The translations under genes were made by a program, and so were the position numbers. Shown here in pieces: positions 11,843 through 24,814 of a DNA stretch of 64,000 bases. How positions within the stretch are numbered: the stretch's first letter is position 1; every line of letters starts with the position of its first letter. Under the pieces are notes generated by a model. That model ran no database searches and was not told the DNA's origin. It saw only the letters and a program-made list of their open reading frames with translations. The stretch spans positions 328,290,001 to 328,354,000 of the forward strand of contig OZ024740.1 of assembly GCA_964016885.1 (NCBI GenBank), given 5' to 3'. Source of the stretch: Eledone cirrhosa (Eukaryota).

Positions 11843-12098
11843 TAGAGGTCAGATGTACCTAACAATAACAAGAACAACAACTACAGATTGGCTTGCCTCA
11901 GAACGAATTTCTATAGACTTTTGACTGAGGAATGTTCTAACAACTGACCAATGAGAGGAGAAGAGGCCCTTTGACGCTGAAATTCGATTGTTTGAATTCA
12001 TATGATTCCAATTCCTCAGTGAAATAACAACCCAACCAGGAACTGGGCATATCAGAGTATTGACAACATGTGTACTCGTCTCTACCACACTAATTCGG

Positions 12099-12153
12099 AC
12101 TGCCTGAAGAGGTCACAGCCAAAGATGGCTGTCACCGAAATATATATAGCAGT
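12099..12153 (+). ncRNA. Hammerhead ribozyme motif (family B)
   Basis: ACTGC-CTGAAGA-GGTcACAGCCA aaga TGGCTGTcACC-GAAA-TATATA-TA-GCAGT, with a palindromic stem III. Confidence 0.82.
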
Positions 12154-12300
12154 AATAAACGAAGCCAAATTTTAAACATTTGACTTATTTATTTTATTTT
12201 ATTTTACATTACTCCGGAGTAACCAAACCAACCTGCGCACTTCGTCGAGTGCTCCAATGTGCATACTGAGGTGTTGGTATACAACCAACATATACTCAAA

Positions 12301-12361
<61 letters not shown>

Positions 12362-12570
12362 CTTTCAGTCAACGGACTGCGACTATGCTGGAAACCGTCT
12401 TGATTTTGATGATCGTGTCGACCTAATTATATAATTTTTCAAGTCTGGTACTTGATATATTTTATTGTCGAAGCGCTTAGTTACGGTAAATAAACACGGA
12501 CATTGACACAAACGTAAACATAGACACAGACCGTGTCACAGACACACACATACACACGCGCACACACACA

Positions 12571-12836
<266 letters not shown>

Positions 12837-13609
12837 GCCTAGAATATATGGATCGCTCTACGAATTTGCGTTATCCTTAAGCAGAGGCCATGCAAATCTC
12901 TGTATTGTTCCATTGTTAGTGTATGTACTGCCGAAGTAGTATGTGTTAGTAATCTGTTTATATATTCTAAATATCTTTTGAAATTGGAGGCGTCATCTCT
13001 CCAATATAACATTTCCAATTTTTTTTCCTGTACTACGAAATACAATGGTATTCAGTCTGACTTGGCAGTGTTGAGATGAAGAACACAAAACACAAAACAA
13101 AACAAAGCAAAAAAATGAAAAATAAGATACATGAAACATAGAGCAGGTAAATTCCAACAGGTAATTGATAGTTTTTTTTTTTCTTTTTTGTATTTTCGAA
13201 TTCCGGCTATGAAAGAAAAGCTAATCAAATAAGAAAAATCAACAACAACAAGACACTGCTCTTTGTGTCTGCAGAACAATCCTACTGTTGTAATTAAATG
13301 GAATGTAACATATAGATTTGAACATAATGTTGAGAAAATACTATATGGTGAGGTGGGTAAACAGAAAACCTAGAATAGAGTAAAACATAAAGACAAAACA
13401 TAGGCGTGATGAAATAATGTTTCTGGCATGGCAATTTAAATTAAAGTAAGAGTGAAGTTATACAACAATAACAACAACCACACTCAGGGAAATGAAAAAC
13501 ACAGAGATATGTTTCGTATTTGCTTCTTAGTTTCCATCGCTGATGCTTTTCTGATAGATTCCGCCCGGAAGACAAATGCATTCCACCATATTTATCATTA
13601 ATTCATTCT

Positions 13610-13801
13610 CAGACCTGTCAACTCTCTCCATCCGAGAGGAGATCTACCACCCACTTTGGGGTGGGTGAGAAATGGTTTCTCTTGTGAAAATTGGTATAGC
13701 TTTCATTGTGTAAAATCTCCTCATTTTGCCTCTTCTCTCCGTTGTGGGGCACTTTTATTCATGGTACGCCCTGTTTGGGTTTTTAGAGGTTGGCAGATCT
13801 G
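13610..13801. mobile_element. MITE with hAT-like TIRs
   Basis: TIRs CAGACCTGTCAAC / GTTGGCAGATCTG, flanked by CATTCT direct repeats. A second copy lies at about 16680-17054. Confidence 0.65.
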
Positions 13802-14254
13802 CATTCTCTGCAAATGACAAAAGGTAGTGTATACAGAAGAGGTGGCGAAAGGGGTGGTAGCCTGTTTTAGGGTGCACATTTAGTTTACAGTATTGAAAAA
13901 CTCTTTTTTCTCGTAACAGTAACAGTAAAATGATATTGCTTTATTTTAATTTACACCGCAAAACACAGCTTACTAGAGAAATCGAGTGGGTCATATTCAA
14001 GGAGGATTCCTGTTAGCACAAACTCTCACTCATCCAGGAACAGCGTTGCCAAGCCACCTAGGGCATATACCCCAGAGAGGTGCATTACCGAATCTTAGAG
14101 GGTCGATGTTTTATAAGAATTTATATATTTAAGTATATAATAATTTCCTGTGATCAATAAATATATCACAAAAGATATTTGCCGCGTAGCAGCGTTGTAG
14201 AAATGTCCAAAGTGCTTGAGAGGAATGTATGATATTATGTTATGTCACGTGAGG

Positions 14255-14472
14255 GCAATCGATTGGCAATATCGATAGAGTATCGGACAATATACTTTGT
14301 GGCATAGAGTTACGGCCTTCTACAATCTGATTTCAACCCCTACCGATGTTAGCTTTGCCTTTCATCCTTACGGGGTCGATAAAATCAAATAGCATTACTA
14401 CACTGGGGTCGATTTAATCGACTTTCCCCTTCCCTAAAATTGCTATCCTTGTGCCTAAATTAGAAACCATTA
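14255..14472 (+). mobile_element. SINE family 1 copy
   Basis: Core GCCTTTCATCCTTACGGGGTCGATAAAA and tail CCTTGTGCCTAAATTAGAAAC. Confidence 0.78.
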
Positions 14473-15038
14473 TGTCTTGTCGCATGATTTAGCCTGGGTG
14501 TGTGTGGACTGTATAGTAGAAAATGCGGCTTAAGTAATTTTCTTAGTGTGGTTAGAGCAAGAAATGTCAAAAACTAGATTTGACAGCTTATCAAACTGTA
14601 AGTTGAAATTATTTTATTTGAAAGAATGAGGAGCATAATTTGAATGAGAAAGAACACATTGTAGAGCTAGCTTAGAACGTTAGATATCCAGACGCCTGCT
14701 CAGGCTATACCTCTGGTGATAAGCTATGGTATTTTTTATTCAAATTTTCCTAGTGTCCTCACAATAAATACTCCTCTAGAATTAGAAATATAAATACGTT
14801 TCTTGATTAAAGCACTAATACACTTTTCTAACTTAAGAAAAAGAAAACGAACACACACACAAATCCAAGTCAATGCAGTCGACTTCCAGTACATTACAGC
14901 ATTTAGTTGGACTTGAGAATATGAAAAGTCAAATTCAACACCAGTTGGCTTTGAAATCAGAACACACACGCACACACACATGTACCCGCGCACATGTAAA
15001 TATTAATGGTGTTATGTAGATTTTTTGGTATATATAGA

Positions 15039-15212
15039 TAATTGTTTCTACTTTAGGCACAAGGCCAGCAATTACCCAGTGGTACTTTATTTTATCGACC
15101 CCGTAAGGATGAAAGGCAAAGTCAACCTCGGCGGGATTTGAACTCAGATCGTAAAGGGACGTAACTATGCTGGAAAGCATGGCGTCCGACCCTCTACCGA
15201 TACTGCCAATCC
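15039..15212 (-). mobile_element. SINE family 1 copy
   Basis: Near-identical reverse complement of 290-474. Confidence 0.85.
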
Positions 15213-15427
15213 GTATATATAGATAATACGAAAGAGTCATACACTGTAACTCCAAAATTTCTTAAAGCAGTTGCCAATACCGCGAATACCATGTAGGATT
15301 GGTGTTATTAAAAAATCAGGTACTGCGCACAATTTAAGGAAAATATTATGTGTGAGGTTCTTGTTGTGACTTGACAGAAGATTAAATACTCTGGCGCATT
15401 TTCCATCTACACTGCGTGACAAAGTAA

Positions 15428-15630
15428 TAATGATTTCTAATATAGGCACAAGGCCAGCAATTTTTTTTGAAGGCGGGGAGGAGTCGATTAAATCGACCCC
15501 AGTGCATTACTGGTGCTTTATTTTATCGACCGCGCAAGGATGAAAGGCAAAGTTAACCGCGGTGGCATTTGAACTCAGAACGTAAAGGGCCATAATTCTA
15601 TGCTACAAAGCATGGTGTTTAGCAATCTTA
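15428..15630 (-). mobile_element. SINE family 1 copy
   Basis: Core and B-box on the minus strand. Confidence 0.78.
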
Positions 15631-16679
15631 ACACCAACGACAACAATGAATTCGTTATTAGTAACAAACTGATGATAGATGCAGTAGGGGTTGTACTAAG
15701 AGTTATATTAGTACCGGTAATAGTAAGGGTTGTAATCGTTATCGTACTGTTAATAACGATTTTTTCGGTGGTATTATTGGGGGTGGTGTAGAGGGATTGC
15801 TTAATTCTCGACAAGGCCTTGCTTTTAACTGTCATCACAAACTCCTTTGAACTTTCTCTAATGTACATGTAATCTAATCTAATAGATCAATAAACCTAGC
15901 CCAAACTGCGACCACACTTGGAAGAACACCATTGGAATGTTGTGAAATGATGGAAAATACCAAAATTAGAGGAACAATACCCCAATACACTGGAGAAGAG
16001 AAACATCTCACTTAATTGAAAACTAACGCAAAGCTGATAGATTTATCAGTAGTAATAAGAACACTTAAATATATATTTACAACAGTAGAAGGAAGAAAAC
16101 AAAGCCCTGAATACAGTAACACACTTTCAAACGAACTATATCTAGATAAGCTATTCTCTACCCATAGAAACATTCTGCATATGATTGGGAGGTGTTGTCT
16201 CACTGGGCAAATATGAGGACTAAACGACACTGAAGTTTTATATTATAACACATTTAAATATGCATGAAGTAAAATATCACACTTCTCCATAGCTACATTT
16301 ACACATCCTGTATCATTCAGTATGAAGGTCCTAAAAATACTGTTGATTGTTTATAGTTACTCTCCGATAGATAATGCTTTAAAATGATGTCAGCCTCGCT
16401 TTGCTGTAATGGTAGTGCAGCGATCCGGCATGCGGCAGGTGTGAATTCTAGTCCCATAGATGATGCTGTTCACTTTTTCCCGTCCCTATGGGGCTTATAT
16501 GCCTAACTTGTCTGACTATTCCTCATAGCCAATAAACATACAGTGAAATAGTTGATCTAACATACATTAGAAATTCATAAGTCGCTGAACATTTCGTAAA
16601 AATATAATTGATTGTTTACATTCACTGGCTGATAGATAAGATTTAAAAATAACGTGAAGTTTGTCATCCTCACCTTCGT

Positions 16680-17054
16680 GATGACCTGTCAACTCTCCCC
16701 GTCTGACGGGTAGATCTCCCATCCACTTTGTGGTGGGTGAGAGATGTCTTCTCTTGTGAAAATGGGTATAGCTTTCATTATGTAAAATATGGCGGTGGAT
16801 TGGCAGTATCGATAGAGGGTCGGACGCCATGCTTTGACGTATAGAGTTATGGCCCTTGCCATTCTGAGTTCAAATCCCACCGAGGTTAACTTTGTCTTTC
16901 ATCCTTTCGGGGTGGATAAAATAAAGTACCAGTAATGTACTGAGAAATTGCTGGCCTTGTGTCAAAAAGCAGAAACAATTTTGTAAAATCTTCCCATTTT
17001 GCCTCATTTTTTCACGGTATTCCTTGTTTGGGTTTTTAGAGGTTGGCAAGTATG
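16680..17054. mobile_element. Second MITE copy interrupted by a SINE (16791-16981, +)
   Basis: Both halves match 13610-13801. The SINE is flanked by the duplication TGTAAAAT (16781-16788 / 16982-16989). Confidence 0.72.
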
Positions 17055-17216
17055 TTGGTGTAAAGGTAGTGCCGGCATACACCACGTATGAGTTCGTGTC
17101 CCATAGACAATGTAGCACACTTTCTCCGTCTCTAAAGGCATATTTGCCTAAATTTTCGAGTATTTTTCTTAGTAAAATAAACCTGCGTTGTAGCAGATCA
17201 CTTAACATACTTTCAA

Positions 17217-17293
<77 letters not shown>

Positions 17294-18319
17294 CACATAC
17301 ATATATATATATGCGCACGCTCGCATACACACACATTTACCAGAAAGCATTTCACGAAGAATCCTTTCGATCTGTCATCCACCATCGTCTTTAAAATACT
17401 AATTTTAGCAAATAATTACATTAAAATGCAAAGCTTTCAAAACCGAAAGTAATTATTACATTCACTTATTTTCATACATAATGACCGCAAAATATAAGTA
17501 GGAGGATCTTGCCGGGGTTATAAATACCGATTTTTCATCATTCTAAACCCAACTAACGGGAAAACCTTGAATGCGTATCAGTGTTGAAAATATATGAGAA
17601 AAAAAAAGCAAAGGTTCAGTCTGTTGCAATCTTGAATAGTTTAATTTATATTACACATGAATTAGAATTAACTGGCAATGATATTTGGCAACGAGATTAA
17701 TTGATGATTAAATTATATTTGAATAAGATTATGTGGCGACTCTATTTCGTAGTTAAGGATTTAGGAGGAAGCAAAAATCAACTCGTTTCAAGCCTACATA
17801 AATATTAGGCAAGAGACGAATGACAGAAATCTCAGTTACACAAACTTCTTTTTGATACTTTACATACCATAACTCGACCAATGCCTTAGTATATCAATTT
17901 CTTACTGAAGTTTTATTGCATAAATGTTTGTGTTTATCGAATTGTATGTAAGTATAATGTTAGAAATGTTTATTGTAGAAAGGCTGAGTTTTATAGGATG
18001 TTTGAAACAGAATGGCGTCGCAAGCTCTTTAATTTTGTTTATTAGACAGGTTAAACTAATAATGACGTAATTTGATTACTTCCGCTTCTTAGCAAAAACA
18101 TTTCTGTCTGATAAAGATAAAAACAAATTTAGTGATAGTTTCAGATGATAGATGATCCACAGATAGATAACCACACATATTGAAATACCCCCCCCCCCCA
18201 CACACATATACACATACATACATACATGCATACTACATACATACATAAATATATACAAGCACATACACTACATGTCTTTTTCTCTGACAAGCTCTCACTG
18301 ATACATGAATACTCACACG

Positions 18320-18390
<71 letters not shown>

Positions 18391-18485
18391 GTAGAACACT
18401 GGAAGGTAATATCCGTAGTGGTAGAGCACTCAATCCATGCGACGAGTTGGGTAGAAGTGGTTACACAACAGTTAGTTCACCATAC

Positions 18486-18523
18486 CGAGAACAATTGTTT
18501 CACCTTAGCGGATCCTCAGCTCG
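18486..18523 (-). ncRNA. Minimal hammerhead motif (family C)
   Basis: CGAG-CTGAGGA-tCCgctaaGGt-GAAA-CAATTG-TT-CTCG, with palindromic stem III. Confidence 0.7.
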
Positions 18524-18689
18524 TAATGGACATGGTTATACGGAACAGGAAGGACAACCGTACGAACGCGCATGCGCAGAAACCATCACTTCACACAGGC
18601 AATACTAAAAAGCGTGCGAGAGGTGTAAGGGAGATAACTGCGAAAGTCTGAAAAGTTTCTAGTTGATAAGAAAATTAGGATGTTGTGAT

Positions 18690-20800
18690 TCAATCCGGAG
18701 CTTTGTAGTTATGTAAGAGGTGTTTCGAGACGTGTGGACAACGTGTGAAGAATTCATTTCTCGTGTTTAGGCAATCACTATTGCATAATCTCTTTAGAAT
18801 ATTTATTCGTTCATCAATACATAGTCCACACGACGGATTTCCCCTTGCGTATGGCTTGGACTTAGTGATGGGTTTCCATTGAATGGAGTAGTCTATACTT
18901 GAGTCCTTGAGGGAACATACGTGGCTCGCGAGTTTCGTAGATGAACGTCTGTCCGGGTACCTAAAGGTCGACTGGTGGTTCAGGAAGCGTTCCTTAAATC
19001 GGCCCTCCGCCATGCCCACATAGGATTAGACCTCCTGTGGTTGATTTGGTCGATTGGAAGTGACCACAGCTTCATAAATTACAGCGGGTGTGTTGCATTT
19101 CTGTTGAAGGGGACAAGCTTCGGGCTTACGGCAAGAGCACCCTGGTGTGGTGTTGCTCTTAGGTCTGTTGGTGATGTGGGCCTTCATGTTCTTAGCGCAG
19201 GAGTATCCTAGTTTTACTTTGTGTCGGTTAAAGACAGAGCGGTATTTATGACCTATGGAAAAGTGTCTATCTAAGAGGGTTAGAATTTTTTTGCCTCCAT
19301 TGGTTTTAACGTTGAGTGAGAAGGGAGGAGAGAACCAGATAGTTTGTCTATTGTTACGCTTTCTTTTCTCATTGCTGTTGTTGATAGAGGGAAAGTAAGT
19401 GAGAGGTTGCGAGAAGCCGCTGTTAGCTACCGCCGTGTTATAGTAGGGTGCCACCCCGTCAAATATAGCCTTATTAGAGGAGAGGTTTGAGATTCTAGTA
19501 CTGATATTATTTACGAAGTTTGTAAAAAACAGTGGGAGGGTGGCATGAGTCCTTGTGAATGTAATTGAGTTTTTCGTTTAGCTTATGGAAGGGTCTGTAG
19601 GTGTGTGTGCGAAGGTCTAAATTAATGTCTATGAAATCTACGCTAGAGAGGTTGATAGCTACTGTTATCCTAAGTCCCAACTCATTGAAGGTAGAAGCTA
19701 AGTCTTTTTTAAACCGGTCGAGGTCGTTACCACTTTTATGGCTCGATAAGGTCAGTCCGTCGTCGCGGTATATTCCCGTGTGGAAGTCCGGGAATCTAAC
19801 ACGTAATATATCTAAAATAAATAAGCTAACCAAGTCGCATACGTCAGCACTGTCAAACGATCCCATGGAGACGTCGAATAGATCTTAAGTTGTTGACTTC
19901 TTTGCCCAGGCTACTCCGTCATTGAAGAGGAGGGTTTTCCGGCAGTGAGCGATGATTTCCCTGTCTAAACAATCGACGGTAGTGTAAGTGGTAGCGAAGT
20001 CCAACGCTTTGTTTAACAGGTTCTCTGAGATCGACGGGTAAAAACCAACAATGTCGAACTGTGTGAACTCCGCTTTTTTGGATTTGAAGGAGTTGAACAA
20101 CTTAATTACGGAGTCGCTGTTCTCCCACTGGGACACGTTGGACATGGTCCTAATGGTCTTAACTATGTTTCTGAGTATGGCCTTACTGACTAGTCCCATA
20201 TCTATGCGTGTCGGGTTTATTAGTCTACATGTTGGGTTAGAAGTAGAGTCTACCTTGTGATCTTTCAGGGTGAGGAACGCCTCCCGCTTAGCTAGAGATT
20301 GTAGCTTCTTATCTACCTTAAGGGCGGCGGCAAGTTCTTTGGCTTCTGTATTAATGTTGTGGTAGGCCATAAGGTTAGCTTTCTTATATTTGGAAGTAAT
20401 AGCGTTATGGGCCACGTGGCGGAAAGTGGTGTTGTCGACTTCGTAAATATTATTAGTTTTGTCGGAAAGAACGAAAGTATTATTAGAGGACCTAAATTTC
20501 TTAATCACATTTCTAAGTTTAGTTTGAAAGGTGTTAGGTTGTTTGCGAAAGGAAATGTTAGCGACTAAGTCAACAAGGTCCGCCCCGAAAAGAGCAAGTT
20601 CAGTTACCTTAGGAGGGTAGGCCCTCGATTTCAGGTTGAAGGTGTTATTGGTGCCTGCAATTTTGCCGTCAAAAGCTAGGGCTCGCCATCTTAAGCGCCT
20701 GACGATATATTCCGCTTTTTGTAGGAGAAGCTTCTGGTAAACATGGTTGGGGGGGAGTGGGAATGTTCTTCAGGGAGTAATCCAGTTCGTAGAAATCCAT
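18690..20800 (-). pseudogene. PLE RT + GIY-YIG polyprotein with frameshifts and stops
   Basis: In order: MDFYELDYSLKNIP…RRLRWRA, SDKTNN, TLKDHK…CRLINP, FDIVGFYPSI, MGSFDSA, GIYRDDGL, WFSPPFS, CSCRKPEACPLQQKC, VIYEAVV…YVG, CGLC…CPH. Confidence 0.9.
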
Positions 20801-21094
20801 ACTGACGTTGATATATTCTAAAGAGATTATGCAATAGTGATTGCCTAAACACGAGAAATGAATTCTTCACACGCTGTCCACACGTCACGAAACACCTATT
20901 ACATAACTACAAAGCTCCGGTTTGAATCACAACAACATCCTAATTTTCTTATCAACTAGAAACTTTTAGGACTTTCGCAGTTATCTCCCTTACACCTCTT
21001 GCACGCTTTTTAGAATTGCCTGTCTGAAGTGACGGTTTCTGCGCATGCGCGTTCGTACGGTTGTCCTTCCTGTTCCGTATAACCATGTCCATTA

Positions 21095-21132
21095 CGAGCT
21101 GAGGATCCGCTAAGGTGAAACAATTGTTCTCG
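21095..21132 (+). ncRNA. Minimal hammerhead motif (family C), in the inverted arm
   Basis: Same motif as 18486-18523. Confidence 0.7.
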
Positions 21133-21159
21133 ATATGGTGAACTAACTGTTGTGTAACC

Positions 21160-21528
<369 letters not shown>

Positions 21529-21861
21529 AATATACATATATAATATGTATGTATATATATATATATATATATAAATATTTACACATACACCAATTAAACA
21601 AAGTCACAGGTATATATGTGTTTTGGCAACTATTCACGATGTGGCTCATTGAAGAATTAATAAATTAAGTAATCAGAGCAAAATACTATAGAGTAAAGCA
21701 TGTCCAGAGAATTATTTGATAATGTATATACATCATTTCTGCTCCCAATCAGCATAATTAACCACACAAAAAATCAATTAGACCAGGCTAAAAGAAAAAA
21801 GGCACCTATGAAGAAAAACTAAATAAATACGCCACAGCAGCGTCTTCGCGGCCAACCGCTA

Positions 21862-22437
21862 TAGAATAGTTACCCAACATTTCAACAGCACGTGGAAATT
21901 AATTAAATATAGGTCAACCATACATAATTAGGTAAAAATTAAAGTTAGAAATGCTTATATACATACCAGGATTAAATCACTCAATCCCGACCCATGGGAT
22001 TCGCTCACACTTTCTTTAATTGGTGTATGTGTAAATATTTATATTTAATAATCTCCCATAAGGTTAAGATACAATTTGGGCGATATTGGGCTGCGCTTTC
22101 TAGCAACCAACCCACTCGCCGTAAGCAACCAAACACACCCTTCCTGACTTGACCACGCCACGTCACAGTTCTCAACCATTTTGAATTCGTGTTTGGCGGG
22201 GGCCACTTCGGAATATAATCTGTCCTAGCGAGTTTGTCCCCTGAAGAGCTCTAAACTCGAGATTTATCCTTAATAAGATATCTCGAAATGTGAGCGAAAC
22301 CCGTGGGTCGGGATTTAGTGATTTAATCCTGGTATGTATATAAGCATTTCTAACTTTAATTTTTACCTAATTATGTATGGTTGACCGTATATTTAATTAA
22401 TTTCCACGTGCTGTTGAAATGTTGGGTAAATATTCTA
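21862..22437. repeat. Inverted repeat with ~148-bp arms (PLE terminal repeat, family D)
   Basis: 21862-22009 vs 22289-22437. Confidence 0.85.
22237..22313 (+). ncRNA. Hammerhead ribozyme with extended stem II (family D)
   Basis: TCCC-CTGAAGA-GCTC…TCGAGAT…ATCTCGA…GAGC-GAAA-CCC gt GGG-TC-GGGA, with a GUC cleavage triplet. Confidence 0.85.
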
Positions 22438-22476
22438 CCAAAGTACTCAATACTTAGGTTAATAGGAACGAGTAGG

Positions 22477-22572
22477 ACCCCGACGGCTGAGCTCAAGCCG
22501 TTTCGACGGCTAATTCTGGACTAAATGAAAATTTTTATCCTGGTATTTGAATAGTCGAGCTTCTCAGGGGGT
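22477..22572 (-). ncRNA. Hammerhead motif family E, core CUGAGAA (C3/A8 mismatch, probably impaired)
   Basis: Inverted copy of 23566-23661 that differs at core position 3. Confidence 0.6.
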
Positions 22573-23565
22573 AATTCCATATATGGTCAAAGTGATTGTC
22601 ACAGGGATTGGTCAAAAGTTTGTAGTTGAGGCATAATAATTCTATGATGGCAATTTGTGGAGGGAAGGGGTAGCTAAACCTGCCAGTAGGAGAAAGAGGG
22701 AGAGGGGTGGAGGAGATCCATTCATGCATTGATAGTGCCGGCTACAGCTGGGCGTGAGGTCAAAGAAGATACTAGGGAGGGGGAGGGGAGGAAGTCGAAA
22801 CAGTAAGTAGAACAATAAGGGGTAAATATATAGAAAAATACTGATCAGTATATATATTTTTTTTTTGGGGGGGGGGGGTCTGAATTAATTTTCCGTATCA
22901 AATTTTACATCTACTATGTACGAGCTTTTATGTAGCTTGCACTAGAACTTTTGTATCGTAGCGGCACTCTTAGAGATAGTATTAGTATTCTTTTTCGGGA
23001 CTCTGAATTATTATTTCGTATTAGTTTACTTTTTTGCACTGGGTGGTTGCTGGCCTTGTGCCTGGGGTAGAAACTTTTATTATTTCGTGGTAGTTTCTTT
23101 AGTATTTTGGCCCCTCACTTGTTGACCCGTCACCGTAAGACATACTCGGTTTATTACTTATACCTCTTAAAAGGGTTTCATTTTAATTCCATCCCAACTA
23201 GTATATTTCTTTAGCCTAGCAATAGTGAGAGACTTAGGTCGTAGTAACCAGAAATTGTTTATTTTTTTTACATTTAATTGCTTTTTAACACTCTCAGTAT
23301 TTTTCTATATATTTACCCCTTATTGTTCTACTTACTGTTTCGACTTCCGCCCCTCCCCCTCCCTAGTATCTTCTTTGACCCCACGCCCAGCTGTAGCCGG
23401 TACTATCAACGCATGAATGGGTCTCCTCCACCCCTCTCCCTCTTTCTCCTACTGGCAGGTTTAGCTACCCCTTCTCTCCACAAATTGCCATCATAGAATT
23501 ATTATGCCTCAACTACAAACTTTTGACCAATCCCTGTGACAATCACTTTGACCATATATGTAATT

Positions 23566-23661
23566 ACCCCTTGAGAAGCTCGGCTATTCAAATACCAGGA
23601 TAAAAATTTTCATTTAGTCCAGAATTAGCCGTCGAAACGGCTTGAGCTCAGCCGTCGGGGT
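23566..23661 (+). ncRNA. Hammerhead ribozyme with U3-A8 core (family E)
   Basis: ACCCC-TTGAGAA-GctCGGCTA…TAGCCGtC-GAAA-CGGC ttgagctca GCCG-TC-GGGGT. Confidence 0.8.
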
Positions 23662-23671
23662 CCTACTCGTT

Positions 23672-23750
<79 letters not shown>

Positions 23751-23974
23751 GCACATTCATTTATATACACACACAAACACGCAGACAGAGCTAAGTTTGA
23801 GTGAGTCGCTCCTCGGAGTTTTTGGTTATAGATGCTTTAGCGTCCCAGGAACTCCTGTGAATCTGTAACGAGAGACTCAGGTTGCGACACTCAGTTTCAG
23901 CTTTGTGCATGTCCTAACACAATACCCGCCGTTGACCAGATTTAAATGACGTTACAAATATAACAGTATTTATC

Positions 23975-24147
23975 CCTTCTTCTTCTTCTTCTTCTTCTTC
24001 TAAGAAGAAGAAGAAGAACTCTGTCGTAAGAGCAGAGTCCTCAACCATTCCCTCCAGCGTGTCCTGTCAGAAGCAACCGTCTCCAACAGATCTGGCTCGA
24101 CATCCAAGCGAGACCAATCAAGCTCATTGATTTTAACCAGCCATCCT
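23975..24147 (-). mobile_element. 3' end of an RTE-like LINE with (GAA)n tail
   Basis: The minus strand reads …LDVEPDLLETVASDRTRWREWL…, then a stop and (GAA)n. Confidence 0.55.
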
Positions 24148-24294
24148 GCTCATCCTACATGTATATATATACATATGTATATACATATATACATATGTAT
24201 ATATGTAGGAGGTGAGTTTTATTGTAGTACAATAAAGCAATGCAGATATCGGATAAGAAGCACTCTACAGTTTGTAGGACTGGAGTATACATAA

Positions 24295-24487
24295 TATATA
24301 AGATCAAAAGATGGTTAAATGAGTTCCATCTATTTTATTATGCGCATTTCAAAAACAAATATCATCATGCAATAACATTTGTGTTTTCATCAGATAAAAT
24401 AGGAGGACATGATATGAAGGTTAAAAAACACTTGTGAATAGTGCAGTTTTAAATCAACATATGTTAACCATCTTTTGATCTTATATA
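24295..24487. mobile_element. MITE with ~24-bp inverted termini in TA context
   Basis: TATATAAGATCAAAAGATGGTTAA / TTAACCATCTTTTGATCTTATATA. Confidence 0.6.
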
Positions 24488-24814
24488 CATATGTATATAT
24501 ATACATATATACATATGTATATACATATTTACACATTTTTGAATGGTTATTGACTCATGAGTTCTTCCACCCTTTGTCAGGTTTTGTTTTTTGTCTTGCA
24601 GGGTATCCAAAATCACCCTCCTCACCAAGTAAACTTGTGACAGGTTGTACTGTATTACATGTTACCAGTTGCACTCAAGAGTGACCTGACATACATACAT
24701 TCATACATGTATACATACATACATGCATATAGATACATACATACATACATACATACATACATACATACATACATACATACATACATACATACATACATAC
24801 ATACATACATACAT

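Larger units (their letters stand above)
9790..12302 (+). mobile_element. 5'-truncated Penelope-like element with long repetitive 3' region
   Basis: About 9816-9980 translates to CNLAWSIIRKVPPDKGGSFICKLCLNGTLEILRGGSGLINLRTNFFGTCRH, resembling a GIY-YIG C-terminus. Ends in a hammerhead and a terminal segment also present at 51566-51802 and 61531-61920, followed by (TA)n. Confidence 0.75.
22462..23676. mobile_element. Non-coding PLE derivative with ~383-bp inverted arms (family E)
   Basis: 22462-22844 vs 23294-23676. The arms resemble the 3' region of the PLE at 39695-41490. Confidence 0.85.

Noticed and set aside
11057-12020. CTGAGGA in each 196-bp unit as a hammerhead core (retrozyme array)
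   Set aside because: No properly placed GAAA, stem III or stem I. In the terminal copy it instead pairs with ATTCCTCAGT (12011-12020).
15880-16300. Possible decayed LINE 3' end
   Set aside because: Only a vague Cys/His pattern, with no diagnostic motif.
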